A stretch of 59,311 nt of DNA from Alphaproteobacteria bacterium (GTDB lineage Bacteria; Pseudomonadota; Alphaproteobacteria; Rickettsiales; UBA3002): NCBI GenBank assembly GCA_031402515.1, contig JANNSK010000114.1:1-59311 (forward strand), in the 5' to 3' direction. Shown one piece after another: positions 19,503 to 27,967 of this stretch (positions within the stretch are counted from its first letter, which is position 1; the number at the start of each line of letters is the position of its first letter). The notes under the pieces are model-generated. The model was not told where the DNA came from, did no database searches, and saw nothing but the letters and a program-made list of their open reading frames with translations. The translations under genes were made by a program, and so were the position numbers.

Positions 19503-20171
19503 ATGCAGACGCGCACGCCATGGCCAGCCAACCAGCGTATTGAGTCCTGTGCCGACGCCAGCATCGGCGCGACGTTGTTTACCGACATTGCCGATTACCA
19601 TCCCGCTCTCATTGCGGCAATGCTCCGGCTCGAGAACGATCCGAAGTTCAAGGAGAAACTGCCCCGCGGCAGTTGCGGCACCAAAATTTTTAGCATCGAT
19701 CAATGGGGTCTGGCCGAGGCTGAATTCCTGCATCAGCGCGCCATCGCGATGTTTAAGCAGATGCTGCAGAGTGAAACGGCGCATGTTGATCTCAGTTGGG
19801 GTAACGTCTATCGTGAGAACGATTATTGCATGCCGCACAGCCATATCCGCGCGCAAGCGAGCGTGGTGTATATGCTGGATCCGGGCGACGTGACATCCGA
19901 TGACCCGCTGGCGGCGCGATTTTATTTCGCTGATCCACGGTTGGCATTCTGCAATCAGCACGAATCGGGGCGCATGACACGCCTGCTCATTCCGCAGATG
20001 CCTGCGGGGGCGATGCTGATTTTTCCGGGCGTCACCGTGCATGGCGTCAACCCCTATTTCGGCAGCAAACCACGGATGACGCTATCGTGGAATATCAACC
20101 AGCGCGCGCTACCCGGTCACGCCCGCACGGATTTTGAAGGACCGCTCAACAATGCTCAGAAAAAAATCTAG
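19503..20171 (+). CDS. Putative 2OG-Fe(II) oxygenase-like protein (TIGR02466-type, from memory)
   Basis: 222 aa. The HSH...FADPR...GAMLIFPGVTVHGVNPY...RMTLSWNI pattern resembles the small 2OG-FeII_Oxy_5 family. Confidence 0.6.
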   Translation: MQTRTPWPANQRIESCADASIGATLFTDIADYHPALIAAMLRLENDPKFKEKLPRGSCGTKIFSIDQWGLAEAEFLHQRAIAMFKQMLQSETAHVDLSWGNVYRENDYCMPHSHIRAQASVVYMLDPGDVTSDDPLAARFYFADPRLAFCNQHESGRMTRLLIPQMPAGAMLIFPGVTVHGVNPYFGSKPRMTLSWNINQRALPGHARTDFEGPLNNAQKKI

Positions 20172-20404
20172 CGCCAGAGTGGTTTTCCGAGATTGATCTG
20201 GCTTTCGTCAGTAGCAGCCCCGGCGATGGCGCCGGTAGCGGCGCCGACAGCAGTGCCGGTGACGGGTGAACCAAGAATGGCGCCGCCAGCGAGGCCGACG
20301 CCGGCGCCGATAGCGGCACCGGAAGTCACGCGGTCTTCGCGGGTATTGCCGCAGGCGGCGACCATCAGGCAGGCGGTGATGGTGAGTGCGGAAGTGAGTT
20401 TCAT
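20168..20404 (-). CDS. Glycine-zipper lipoprotein (17-kDa-antigen/SlyB-like)
   Basis: In-frame ATG at 20404 gives MKLTSALTITACLMVAAC (lipobox), then GAAIGAGVGLAGGAILGSPVTGTAVGAATGAIAGAA. Confidence 0.7.
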   Translation of the reverse strand: MKLTSALTITACLMVAACGNTREDRVTSGAAIGAGVGLAGGAILGSPVTGTAVGAATGAIAGAATDESQINLGKPLWR

Positions 20405-20521
20405 AACATCCTCTTTGCTTGCAAGGTTAATAGCGCAGCAATTGTTACGCACGCGTGCGCGCCGGGCAAGAAAAACAGCGCTTAAAAGCGGGCCGCTGAG
20501 GTAAAAATCCCGGCAGTGTGA

Positions 20522-21052
20522 CTAAAGATGCGAGGCGTCCTGCCAGCCGCCGACGGTGTAGATGCTGCCTTCGGGGTTGCGGTCCACCTCGTTCACGCGC
20601 ATATCGTCGATGTAATAGCTTTTGTTGCCGGTTTTGTTGACCGAGATGCTGGTGCCGCCGAGATTGTCCAGCGTGTCGTAGACGGAGGCCATCGTATCGA
20701 ACGAGAAGCGCTTGTTGATGATGTAGTGGTCCATCGGGTGCTCACCCTGCTCGAACTCGCTATTGATGGGGGCAAATACGGTGTAGCCGATTTCCGAGTC
20801 ATACGGTTTGCTGATGTTGGCGGTTTCCATCGCCTTTTTGAACTCGGAAAGATTGGGGTCCTTGATACGCTTGGCAATCATCGCGCCGAGCGACATCGAC
20901 TGATTGACGCCCGCGGGGATGTATTGGGTTTCCGTCGCGGCGGCGGGGGCATCTACACTATCCGCCTCATGCTCATGGTTGGCGAAGCTCGCGGTGCTCA
21001 GTGCAAGCGCGGTGACAAGGGTGGTGGTCAGAAGAAGTTTTTTCATTTTCAT
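20522..21052 (-). CDS. Fasciclin (FAS1) domain protein, secreted
   Basis: MKMKKLLLTTTLVTALALSTASFA signal peptide, then the FAS1 signature ...YTVFAPINSEF... Confidence 0.75.
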   Translation of the reverse strand: MKMKKLLLTTTLVTALALSTASFANHEHEADSVDAPAAATETQYIPAGVNQSMSLGAMIAKRIKDPNLSEFKKAMETANISKPYDSEIGYTVFAPINSEFEQGEHPMDHYIINKRFSFDTMASVYDTLDNLGGTSISVNKTGNKSYYIDDMRVNEVDRNPEGSIYTVGGWQDASHL

Positions 21053-21151
21053 AAGGTGCTCCATCAAAGGTTGCCGGGGCACCATTTATAGAGGAGGAAA
21101 CACATAAGCGAAACAGTAAATTTATCGGGTAAACCCGATTCATTCCCGTGG

Positions 21152-22408
21152 TTAGCGTGCCGGGCCTGTGTGGGTCGTGTATTCGGCAACTTGGCCCTTG
21201 ACGGGGTCGTTTTTGTAAAAAATATCTACGCGCGCATCGTCCAACTGGATATGTTCGACATACTGGACATTGAAGAACTTCCCGCCGACTTCCTTGTCGC
21301 TGGTCAGTTGCAGGTTGCTTTTTCCCGGGTACTTGTCCTTGCCGCCGAGTTGCTCGAAGCGCAATGCCGGATTGCCCTTACTATCCTTGCGTGACTCGTC
21401 GGTGAAATCGGCAAGTCTCATGCCTATGAGTCGCACGGTTTCATCGACATTCGGGTTGCCCAGGATTTGGCCATTGCTGCGATAGATGCTGTTGGGTGTA
21501 AAAATGTTCTGGAGCGTGTAGATTTCTTTGTAGCCGGCCCATGACCTCCAGAATCCCGTGGTACTAGATCCTTTGATGAATTCGATATGAAAGCTGGCGA
21601 CATCATCCAGCATAACAGTGGCATTGCCTTCCTTTATATAGACATCGGCTTTAGTGGCGGCATGTGCAATCCGAAGGTTGCTCCATTTGTGCTTTCCTGT
21701 CGTTTCTTCTCTACCGCCACCGAGCACTACCTCGACGTCTTTTACGTTCTCGACGTTGATTTGCTCGCGGTTAGTATCCGCATCAAGCGCGGTAGTCGTG
21801 TTGCCGTATGGATTGATTTTTAACGTGCTGCCGTCTTTGGCGTTGATCACTTCGCAATCGATGATCGATGCAGTTTCAAAATCGCTGAGCCTTACAGCGT
21901 CCCTGCCGTAGCCCGACCTAACCTGTAGGCCCCCTTTGCCGCCATTGATCAAGGCTTCACTGACGCCGAAGACGCTCATACTGTCGTTGTCCCCGCCACC
22001 TTCAATATGCACTTTATTGCCGCGGGTTTTGCCTTCGCCGCGGACAACCATGAGGTCGGTTCCTTCATAGCCATAAAGACTGACGGTAGCTTTGTTGACC
22101 AGACCAAAGCCACGGGGTTTGAGAGCTGTGCCGGGTTTATAGTTGTATGTATCGAAACCGATACCGATGATGTCGTCGCCATTCCCGCCCGTGACATCAC
22201 TATCACGCCCGGCGGTGCCGATGCCGAATTGATCGCCCTTGGGTCCAAGACTGATGGAGTGTTGAAATATCCTGTCCGGATTCAGCGTTTTGAAGAAGAC
22301 GTTGTTCTTACTGTCCCGGCTGAGGGCCGGGAGGGTGAGTGGTGCAACATCGAACTCTTGCAAGAGGCCGGGTTCTTTGGGTTTCTTGGGTGTATCAGGT
22401 TTTGCCAT
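21152..22408 (-). CDS. Hypothetical protein (418 aa), paralogue of 16468-17532
   Basis: No signal peptide. Contains GGNGDDIIG and GGGDNDSMSV degenerate beta-roll-like repeats and shares the INVENVKDVEVVL motif. Confidence 0.65.
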   Translation of the reverse strand: MAKPDTPKKPKEPGLLQEFDVAPLTLPALSRDSKNNVFFKTLNPDRIFQHSISLGPKGDQFGIGTAGRDSDVTGGNGDDIIGIGFDTYNYKPGTALKPRGFGLVNKATVSLYGYEGTDLMVVRGEGKTRGNKVHIEGGGDNDSMSVFGVSEALINGGKGGLQVRSGYGRDAVRLSDFETASIIDCEVINAKDGSTLKINPYGNTTTALDADTNREQINVENVKDVEVVLGGGREETTGKHKWSNLRIAHAATKADVYIKEGNATVMLDDVASFHIEFIKGSSTTGFWRSWAGYKEIYTLQNIFTPNSIYRSNGQILGNPNVDETVRLIGMRLADFTDESRKDSKGNPALRFEQLGGKDKYPGKSNLQLTSDKEVGGKFFNVQYVEHIQLDDARVDIFYKNDPVKGQVAEYTTHTGPAR

Positions 22409-22484
22409 ACATCATGCTCTCATTGTGATTTTGTGTGGTTTTGGTTTTATTCCGACCAAGATAGCATAATCGTGGCCTGATAAG

Positions 22485-22501
22485 TGTGACAATTGTGTGA
22501 A
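22485..22501 (-). promoter_or_regulatory. Tandem-hexamer box TTCACAcaattGTCACA (read on the minus strand)
   Basis: Followed 16 nt later by TATGCTATCT. Lies about 77 nt upstream of the start at 22408. Confidence 0.6.
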
Positions 22502-22554
22502 GATTGCGTGAGTCGGGGATGGCAACCCCTTAAAAAGTCTAGCTTGTGCGGCGC

Positions 22555-23802
22555 TTATCCGGCTTTGCCGCGAGGACTCGGGGTGCCGGGGATTTTGCTC
22601 GCTATTTCCGACGGCAGCCCAGCGAGGAGCGATCCAATGTTGTTTTCGAGCGGCTTACCCGTGACGTCGAATTTGATATCATGCGTTTTCGCATAGTTTT
22701 TGATACCGTCGATCACTTGCCCTACTGTGCTGACCATGGCTTGCTGGCCTTCATCCAGCCAGCTGGCATTCTTAGCCAATGATTTATGTTTTTTCTCCAG
22801 CGTATTAATCAGCGCTTGTTCTTGACGATTGATGCCGTCCGATTCCACAACGCCAACGTCGCGTGTGGTAACGGTTCCCGTGCGTGGTGTCTGTGGTGCT
22901 GCAGCGACCTTGGCGGGTTTTTCTTCGAAAGCCCAGTTCCATGCGCCACCAATCGCGCCAGTGGTGGCTTCCCATCCCGCTTTCAGGCCGGATTCACGGT
23001 AGCCGTAATCGACCGCTTGTGTGAAATTCTTCACACCAAATTTGCCCTGACCAATGGCTTTTCCTACGGTTGTTTCCGTCGCCATCTTGCCGATAACGCC
23101 GCAACCGTCTTTGATGCCGAGCCAGTTTCCCTCGTAGGCAAAGTCGGCGGCGACAATGACTGTCCCCACTGCTGCAACCGTGAGAGCGGCGGGCACCCAG
23201 ACAGGAGCCGTGCCTGCAGTCACTAGCGTCGCGCCTGCGACATAGACGGCAGTGCCGACACCTATGGAGCCAAGCACGGTTATGGTATCCGCATAGGCAC
23301 GGCTGACATCTTTAGCGTTGTTATCGCCCCATGCATAAATACCTTCGAGCGGTGCCCACAGCATCGCGGCTTTTGAAAGAAATTTTAAAACGCCCGGCCC
23401 TGCTTTTTCTGCGCTTTCAGTTGCCAGTGTTCGCAAGGTGGAGCGGGTGGCGGCGGGAGGCTTGGGGTTTACCGGTGCGTCGAGTGCCTGCTGTTCCAGC
23501 TTAGCAATCGCATTCTTGTGTTCGACGATTTGCTGGCCAATGGTTTTACCCGCAGCTTTTTCCGCAGCTTTATTGGCTTTCCATTCGTGGAACTCCCTTT
23601 GCTCCGCGATTGCTGTGACGCGTTCTTTAGCGATCTCGGCGGCCTTCCCCGCATTGGGAGCAAGTCCAACGCCTGTGAGTGCCGCATCGCCGACTCCGCG
23701 ACTTAGCCGCTCAGAACCTGTCGCAGGTTTTTCCTCCGCAGCAGCAGGGCGCTCCACTGGAATGGTTGGTTGAGATGCGTTGTTGTCTTTATCGTCGGCC
23801 AT
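22555..23802 (-). CDS. Hypothetical protein (415 aa) with a central bilobed hydrophobic segment
   Basis: AAGGAG Shine-Dalgarno motif 7 nt before the ATG at 23802 (MADDKDNN); the ORF-track start at 23841 is upstream. Hydrophobic region VLGSIGVGTAVYVAGATLVTAGTAPVWVPAALTVAAVGTVIVAA. No Sec leader. Confidence 0.65.
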   Translation of the reverse strand: MADDKDNNASQPTIPVERPAAAEEKPATGSERLSRGVGDAALTGVGLAPNAGKAAEIAKERVTAIAEQREFHEWKANKAAEKAAGKTIGQQIVEHKNAIAKLEQQALDAPVNPKPPAATRSTLRTLATESAEKAGPGVLKFLSKAAMLWAPLEGIYAWGDNNAKDVSRAYADTITVLGSIGVGTAVYVAGATLVTAGTAPVWVPAALTVAAVGTVIVAADFAYEGNWLGIKDGCGVIGKMATETTVGKAIGQGKFGVKNFTQAVDYGYRESGLKAGWEATTGAIGGAWNWAFEEKPAKVAAAPQTPRTGTVTTRDVGVVESDGINRQEQALINTLEKKHKSLAKNASWLDEGQQAMVSTVGQVIDGIKNYAKTHDIKFDVTGKPLENNIGSLLAGLPSEIASKIPGTPSPRGKAG

Positions 23803-24085
23803 TGTCCTGCTCCTTAATCTTTCCTCTAGTATCGCAGACAATCCTTAAGTTTTTACTAACGTGCGGCGGTTTTTTAGGCATAAAGCGGTTAAAAAACCGT
23901 AAATAATGTCAGAAAATCGAGGGGATCTACCTCTTAAGGGGTCGCGCTTGCACTCGCGGGAGAAACTGGCTAGAAGTCACGCCCTTAGTTAGTTGTGTGG
24001 ATGGTGTCGCAGCGAACTGCCAAGCGCCACCGTTGATTTAGTTGCGCGTCGCCGCGGCCTGCCAAGCGGCGCGGAGGTTTGGAAC

Positions 24086-24161
24086 GGGGCATTAGCTCAG
24101 CTGGTAGAGCGCTTCCATGGCATGGAAGAGGTCAACGGTTCGACTCCGTTATGCTCCACCA
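24086..24161 (+). tRNA. tRNA-Ala (anticodon GGC)
   Basis: 76 nt. Acceptor stem GGGGCAT with the G3:U70 alanine identity pair, anticodon stem-loop CTTCC-ATGGCAT-GGAAG, T-loop GGTTCGACTCC, encoded CCA. Confidence 0.9.
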
Positions 24162-24372
24162 CCGCTTTTGCCCGCGCCTTTGGCGCGGTCTTGCAAAAGC
24201 GAGTGTCCGCCGTAGCCTTGGCGTAGGCGGACTAGGCGCAGCCATGCGGAGACGATCTTAGGCGAAGCAGTGCTCCCGGCGTAGCTGGAGCGAACACCAA
24301 CATTTTCCCCACGCCATGTAACCCAAACGGACTCGCGCGCGAATGTATCGGTGTAGAACCGAGGAGCAGGCC

Positions 24373-24882
24373 ATGACCCATTCCTATACAACAGTATCGT
24401 TAGCCATCGCGCTGATGCTTGGTGTAATATCGATGGCCTATGCAAAGGAGGAACCCATGAAACCAAAAATCCCGCTCACGCCCATGCAGGAATATGTGTG
24501 CATTCAGGGCGGCACGGAGCGGCCATTTGAGAATGCATATTGGGATCATCACGCCGAGGGGATTTATGTGGATGTGATTTCCGGCACGCCGCTATTTTCC
24601 TCGACCGATAAATTCGATTCCGGTTCCGGCTGGCCGAGTTTTACCAAACCGATTGCCGATCCGGTTGTAAAAACCAAGGAAGATTTAACGGGTGGTATGC
24701 TGCGCACGGAGGTGAAGTCCGCCGACTCCAACGCGCATTTGGGCCATGTGTTTGACGACGGCCCGAAAGCAACAGGCGGATTGCGTTTTTGCATTAATTC
24801 GGCCTCGTTGCATTTCGTGCCAAAGGCCGATATGGAAAAAGAAGGCTACGGTGCGTATCTCGCACTTTTTGAGGAAAAGTAG
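24373..24882 (+). CDS. msrB: Peptide-methionine (R)-S-oxide reductase MsrB with an N-terminal signal peptide
   Basis: GAGGAG Shine-Dalgarno motif and ATG at 24373. Export-like leader [24 protein letters not shown]. SelR core GGTERPF...GSGWPSF...[10 protein letters not shown]...RFCINS. Confidence 0.9.
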   Translation: MTHSYTTVSLAIALMLGVISMAYAKEEPMKPKIPLTPMQEYVCIQGGTERPFENAYWDHHAEGIYVDVISGTPLFSSTDKFDSGSGWPSFTKPIADPVVKTKEDLTGGMLRTEVKSADSNAHLGHVFDDGPKATGGLRFCINSASLHFVPKADMEKEGYGAYLALFEEK

Positions 24883-25290
24883 ATGCGGCGTTTTCTATCA
24901 TTGCTGGCGGCGATGTTGACGTTATCAGTAACGCCCGTGCAGGCGGCGCCCGAGTTGCCGCCGAAGCTGCTGGTGGTATTTTTCGATGCGGAATGGTGCC
25001 CCAATTGTCCGTCGGTACGGGCGGCGCTCAAGCAGGTGCGGGCGGATGGTGGGTTCGACGCCAGTAAGGTGTTGTTTGTCACGCTCGATATGAGCAATGG
25101 CGACACGACTACCGAGGCCAAACGGCGCGCCAAAGAACTTGGCATTTACGATTATTTCGAAAAGCGGCGATTCAGTGTCGGCTATCTGACTATCTTCGAT
25201 GCGGCGACGAAAACGGACCTCAAGCGTTTTTACCGTACCGCGAGTAGCGAAGATATGCGCCGCGCCTTGCAGGATTTTCTCGCCGAGTAG
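24883..25290 (+). CDS. Periplasmic thioredoxin-fold protein (WCPNC motif)
   Basis: The ATG abuts the msrB stop. Signal peptide MRRFLSLLAAMLTLSVTPVQA. FFDAEWCPNCP redox motif. Confidence 0.7.
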   Translation: MRRFLSLLAAMLTLSVTPVQAAPELPPKLLVVFFDAEWCPNCPSVRAALKQVRADGGFDASKVLFVTLDMSNGDTTTEAKRRAKELGIYDYFEKRRFSVGYLTIFDAATKTDLKRFYRTASSEDMRRALQDFLAE

Positions 25291-25339
25291 TCGCAAGGAA
25301 AGCGCTGGCGCGGGCGACTTGAACTGCTAGGATACGCCG

Positions 25340-25957
25340 ATGGATTTTCTTTCCACATTCGTTCACTGGCTGGTCGCGTTCGTGCACCAGTTCGGCTATG
25401 CGGGCATTTTTATCATGACGTTTATCGAGTCCACCTTCGTGCCGGTCCCGGCGGAGCTGACGGTGGTGCCCGCGGGCTATCTCGTGCAGCAAGGGAAAAT
25501 GGCCTTCGCGCCGGTGCTGTTGCTGAGCATTGCCGGCGCGGTGGCGGGGTCGTATGCGAACTACATGCTGGCGCGCACGTTGGGGCGCGGCGTGTTCATT
25601 CGCTACGGAAAGTATTTTTTCCTGACCGAGGAAAAACTGCGGAACATTGAGCGGTTTTTCGAGCGTTACGGCGCGATCTCAACCTTCACCGGCAGGCTGA
25701 TTCCCGGCGTGCGGCATTTCATCGCCTTTCCGGCTGGTTTGGCCAAGATGCCCCTGCGTCCCTTTCTGATTTACACCACGCTCGGCAGCGGTATCTGGAT
25801 GACGGTGTTGGTGACGCTCGGTTACTATATTGGCGAAAATAAGGCGTTGCTGACGACGTATCTGCCGCTGCTCAAACTCGGTATGCTTATCGTGCTGGCC
25901 GGCGGCCTTGCGTTTCATTTCTACCGCAGTTATCGCAAGGGTACGGAAGAGAAGTAA
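25340..25957 (+). CDS. DedA-family membrane protein
   Basis: 205 aa. Motifs FIESTFVPVPAEL and GRLIPGVRHFIAFPAG are typical of the DedA/SNARE-associated family. Confidence 0.85.
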   Translation: MDFLSTFVHWLVAFVHQFGYAGIFIMTFIESTFVPVPAELTVVPAGYLVQQGKMAFAPVLLLSIAGAVAGSYANYMLARTLGRGVFIRYGKYFFLTEEKLRNIERFFERYGAISTFTGRLIPGVRHFIAFPAGLAKMPLRPFLIYTTLGSGIWMTVLVTLGYYIGENKALLTTYLPLLKLGMLIVLAGGLAFHFYRSYRKGTEEK

Positions 25958-25986
25958 ACGCGAGGCGGATGATTCGATGATCGTAT

Positions 25987-26060
25987 GCCCTCACCCAAAG
26001 CCCTCTCCCAAAATCCGAAGACGGATTTTGACCTCTCCCAATGGGAGAGGTAAGCAAGCC
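25987..26060. repeat. Repeat family A, truncated half copy A3
   Basis: GCCCTCACCCAAAG...TTTTGACCTCTCCCAATGGGAGAGGTAAGCAAG with no right arm. Confidence 0.6.
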
Positions 26061-26282
26061 CGCGCCTCCTCGTTGTCTTTCTGCCAATCCGCGCCAGCGG
26101 ATATACTCGCCAGAGGCGGAGGTGCTTTGGGATTTTTTTAGCGCGGCTTCCGTTTTTGCCTGTTCGTCAACGGTGCGCACATAGGCGATCGACTGCGGTG
26201 TATGGGCGGCGCTGTCGAGTACCAAGCTTAGATTATTCGAGCGGAGAATTGTTACAGTTTTATGACAGTCGGGGTGGTTGTG

Positions 26283-26425
26283 CCGCTTGCTCGGTGCTTG
26301 ACTCCCCCGCTTGCGGGGGAGTCGACGCGCTACTTGAAGCGCGTCGGTGGGGGAATGGGAAGTGTAGTTAACCCCCCACGGATTTGCAAGGGCAAAGCCC
26401 GCTCCCCCTCAAGGGGGGAGCTAAG
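26283..26425. repeat. Repeat family B, copy B1
   Basis: Hairpins CTCCCCCGCTTGCGGGGGAG and GCTCCCCCTCAAGGGGGGAGC flank GCGCTACTTGAAGCGCGTCGGTGGGGG. Copies lie at 28675, 47154 and 50489, a half copy at 38687 and a fragment at 56459. Confidence 0.85.
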
Positions 26426-26434
26426 AATAGAAAA

Positions 26435-26460
26435 AGGCCCGCCTTTTGAGGGGCGGGCCT
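26435..26460 (-). terminator. Canonical Rho-independent terminator with no upstream coding gene on its strand
   Basis: On the minus strand this reads AGGCCCGCC-cctcaaaa-GGCGGGCCT followed by TTTTTCTATTCTT. The plus-strand reading has no U-tract. Confidence 0.6.
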
Positions 26461-26609
26461 AAGCTATGAAATCATCAGAGTCCATGGTTACTATCTCACA
26501 GCTAAGTTAATTTTTCGTTAATGAGAGATTTTTTGTTTGAGGGGGCGCTAATGCACCCCGGCTCGCCGCGGCCATCGCGGCTACGCGAAGGCAAAATAAA
26601 TCCTTAGTT

Positions 26610-26626
26610 GTCATACAGTTGTAACA
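26610..26626 (+). promoter_or_regulatory. Tandem-hexamer box GTCATAcagttGTAACA
   Basis: 11-bp phase, with GGCATAAT 7 nt downstream and the ATG at 26656 30 nt downstream. A second AT-variant pair GTTAATttttcGTTAAT lies at 26506-26522. Confidence 0.5.
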
Positions 26627-26655
26627 ATTTTGTGGCATAATGAAAGTGGGCGACT

Positions 26656-27762
26656 ATGCCCGATGAAAGGAATGACGTGGCGAGTCTGGAAACAGATGCT
26701 GCTGCCGCGCCCGTTGCCATGCAGCGGACGATGATGGCTGCCGATGAGAGACCGTCTGCGCGCGAGGATGCGGCGCAAAGCACGCTCGATCGCGTGTGGG
26801 ATCGGTTGCTCGAATGGCGTAAGGCGGCGCTCAAGGCCACGCCCGCCTTCATCGTCAACAATGCGAGTAACCTGAACGGCATGGTCCATCTCGCGGCGGA
26901 GGCGCTGACCTTTAAAGCGGCCGGCATCACGTTCCTGAAAAATAATCGCGGCGGGGAAAAGGCGAATATATTGATTGATCCCATCAACAACATCCGGCGC
27001 GCGGTAATGGGGGTTGAGGGCGGCGCGAACGGTGCCACGCATAACCATTGGCAGGCGCGCTCGACCGCGTCGGGCATGACAGGATGGGCGATCGGTACGG
27101 TCACGCCGGAAGCGGAGGAGGATGAAAAACGCGTTGAGGCGGATGTGATTCTGCGTGCGACATCGCCGACCAGATATTTTGGCAAACGATTTGTCGAAGG
27201 GTTTTACTTCTTCAGTCCGCACCATAAGCGCCAACAGATTGGCATGGGCGTAACAGCCGCCGGATTATTCGGCATCATGTCCGGGTTTTATAATGTGAGC
27301 GTCAAGAAAAACGTGCATTTCCCCAATATCTTTAACAGCATCAACGGTGCCATCACCACGGCAGCCGGATTGCAACTATGGTTTGCTCCCGACAATGCGA
27401 CGGGCTGGACACGTTTCGGTGCGACCATGTGGTCGCGGTTGCTGGTGCTGCCGTTCACCGTTGCCAGAAAAATAAGCGGCGGTGATCGTTGGGGTACGTA
27501 TCTGCTCGGGCAGGCGGGATTCCATGCCGTCAACACGGCGGCCTTCATGATCGGTGGCGCGGAGAAACGTCCCGACGGTACCGTCATCGACCATCAGGCG
27601 CTGCGCGCGGAAGCCAAGCTGCGCGGGAAGTCCTTGCCGCCGGAATCGGATGCCATCGTTATCGCGCGCGAGGATGCGCCAAAACCGGCGACGACCGTCT
27701 CGGCGATTGAGGCGCATGCGGTGAAGATTGATCGCGCAGACAATGTGATTCGTGTCTCGTGA
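26656..27762 (+). CDS. Hypothetical protein (368 aa) with C-terminal hydrophobic helices
   Basis: No Sec leader. Hydrophobic helices such as IGMGVTAAGLFGIMSGF, AITTAAGLQLWFAP and GTYLLGQAGFHAVNTAAFMIGG. Confidence 0.65.
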   Translation: MPDERNDVASLETDAAAAPVAMQRTMMAADERPSAREDAAQSTLDRVWDRLLEWRKAALKATPAFIVNNASNLNGMVHLAAEALTFKAAGITFLKNNRGGEKANILIDPINNIRRAVMGVEGGANGATHNHWQARSTASGMTGWAIGTVTPEAEEDEKRVEADVILRATSPTRYFGKRFVEGFYFFSPHHKRQQIGMGVTAAGLFGIMSGFYNVSVKKNVHFPNIFNSINGAITTAAGLQLWFAPDNATGWTRFGATMWSRLLVLPFTVARKISGGDRWGTYLLGQAGFHAVNTAAFMIGGAEKRPDGTVIDHQALRAEAKLRGKSLPPESDAIVIAREDAPKPATTVSAIEAHAVKIDRADNVIRVS

Positions 27763-27795
27763 CTCGTGTAAAAGTGAGGTTGGCGCGGTCTATGA

Positions 27796-27942
27796 CTCCC
27801 TCCCCCTTGAGGGGGAGGGAGGGGTGAGGGCGACAGCGTTTCCACAGACTCGGATTCAGAGTATGTTTCTAACGCCCTCCTTCCTCCTTCGCCAAGGCTT
27901 CGGAGGACAGGCCTAACCTCCCCCCTAGAGGGGGGAGGAACC
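27796..27942. repeat. Repeat family C, copy C1
   Basis: Terminal hairpins CCCTCCCCCTTGAGGGGGAGGG and CCTCCCCCCTAGAGGGGGGAGG with a shared core. An inverted copy lies at 30310-30428. Confidence 0.8.
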
Positions 27943-27967
27943 CAACCATTACGCCACCATTACACCT

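Noticed and set aside
23803-23990. A tandem-hexamer box upstream of 22555-23802.
   Set aside because: Only a poor match (CTGACAttattTACGGT...) is present, so it is not counted among the 13 sites.
25887-26225. Minus-strand 112-aa ORF between DedA and repeat B1.
   Set aside because: It spans the truncated repeat A3, overlaps the DedA 3' end, and has no Shine-Dalgarno motif or recognisable features.
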